DNA from: Octopus bimaculoides
Taxonomy: Eukaryota
Direction of reading: 5' to 3'
Assembly (NCBI RefSeq): GCF_001194135.2
Contig: NC_068983.1
Span: forward strand, 107,843,490 to 107,907,489
DNA length: 64,000 nt
Part shown: positions 63,758 through 64,000 of the stretch, piece by piece
How positions within the stretch are numbered: the first letter of the stretch is position 1
How the letters are laid out: the number at the start of each line of letters is the position of its first letter
Program-made: the position numbers and the translations under genes
Notes under the pieces: generated by a model
The model's input: only the letters and a program-made list of their open reading frames with translations
The model's database searches: none
Told to the model about the DNA's origin: nothing

Positions 63758-64000
63758 CACTGATAAGTAATTTTATTTGTGGTGTTTCTTTGGTGTTTGA
63801 TATGTGATAATGGAACCGTCCATCAAAGACAGACTTATGGGCATTAACTGAATCACCATGATCAACAAATAGCAATTGCGCAGGATATATTTTCGAAGAA
63901 TTTTTACCACAACCACCGTTATGCCAAGTCATAGAGCTATATTCGAATGGCTTTGAAAACTGGGCATCAGTGGAGAAGATGTTTTCTGTTGGATTATTTA
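63758..64000 (-). CDS. First visible exon (5'-truncated by window edge) of unnamed pentaspan membrane protein gene; extracellular N-terminal region
   Basis: Frame open from the window edge (NNPTENIFSTDAQFSKPFEYSSMTWHNGGCGKNSSK...KLLIS-G). Donor AGTG|GTAAGT at 63757, phase 1, matching the phase-1 acceptor at 59989. Confidence 0.8.

Overview
AT-rich, microsatellite- and TE-dense eukaryotic genomic DNA with six N-gaps. The SINE families and composition point to a coleoid cephalopod, probably Octopus (inference). No prokaryotic features, rRNA, true tRNA or CRISPR were found. (1) One intact spliced minus-strand gene runs off the right edge. Its five exons (>64000-63758, 59989-58834, 55522-54577, 44483-44327, 43971-43628) have canonical GT/AG sites and matching phases at all four junctions. 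They encode over 940 aa of an unnamed membrane protein with five predicted TM helices and prominin/Tweety-like topology. (2) A convergent plus-strand, intron-containing pseudogene is scattered over about 28.3-42.1 kb. Its fragments resemble, in the right order, the Lines/LINS1 protein, with in-frame stops and frameshifts, and are largely invisible in the ORF track. This is the most notable observation and needs an HMM/tblastn check. (3) The TE landscape includes RTE LINEs (one with a 5' inversion and a 10-bp TSD), two Penelope-like elements (one with a tRNA-like Pol III head and a minimal hammerhead ribozyme motif, one flanked by ~850-bp inverted arms), a non-autonomous Helitron, hAT MITEs, mariner relics, an RLE-type non-LTR fragment and many tRNA-derived SINEs. 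All family assignments come from reading and recalled motifs, not database searches, and most repeat boundaries are approximate.
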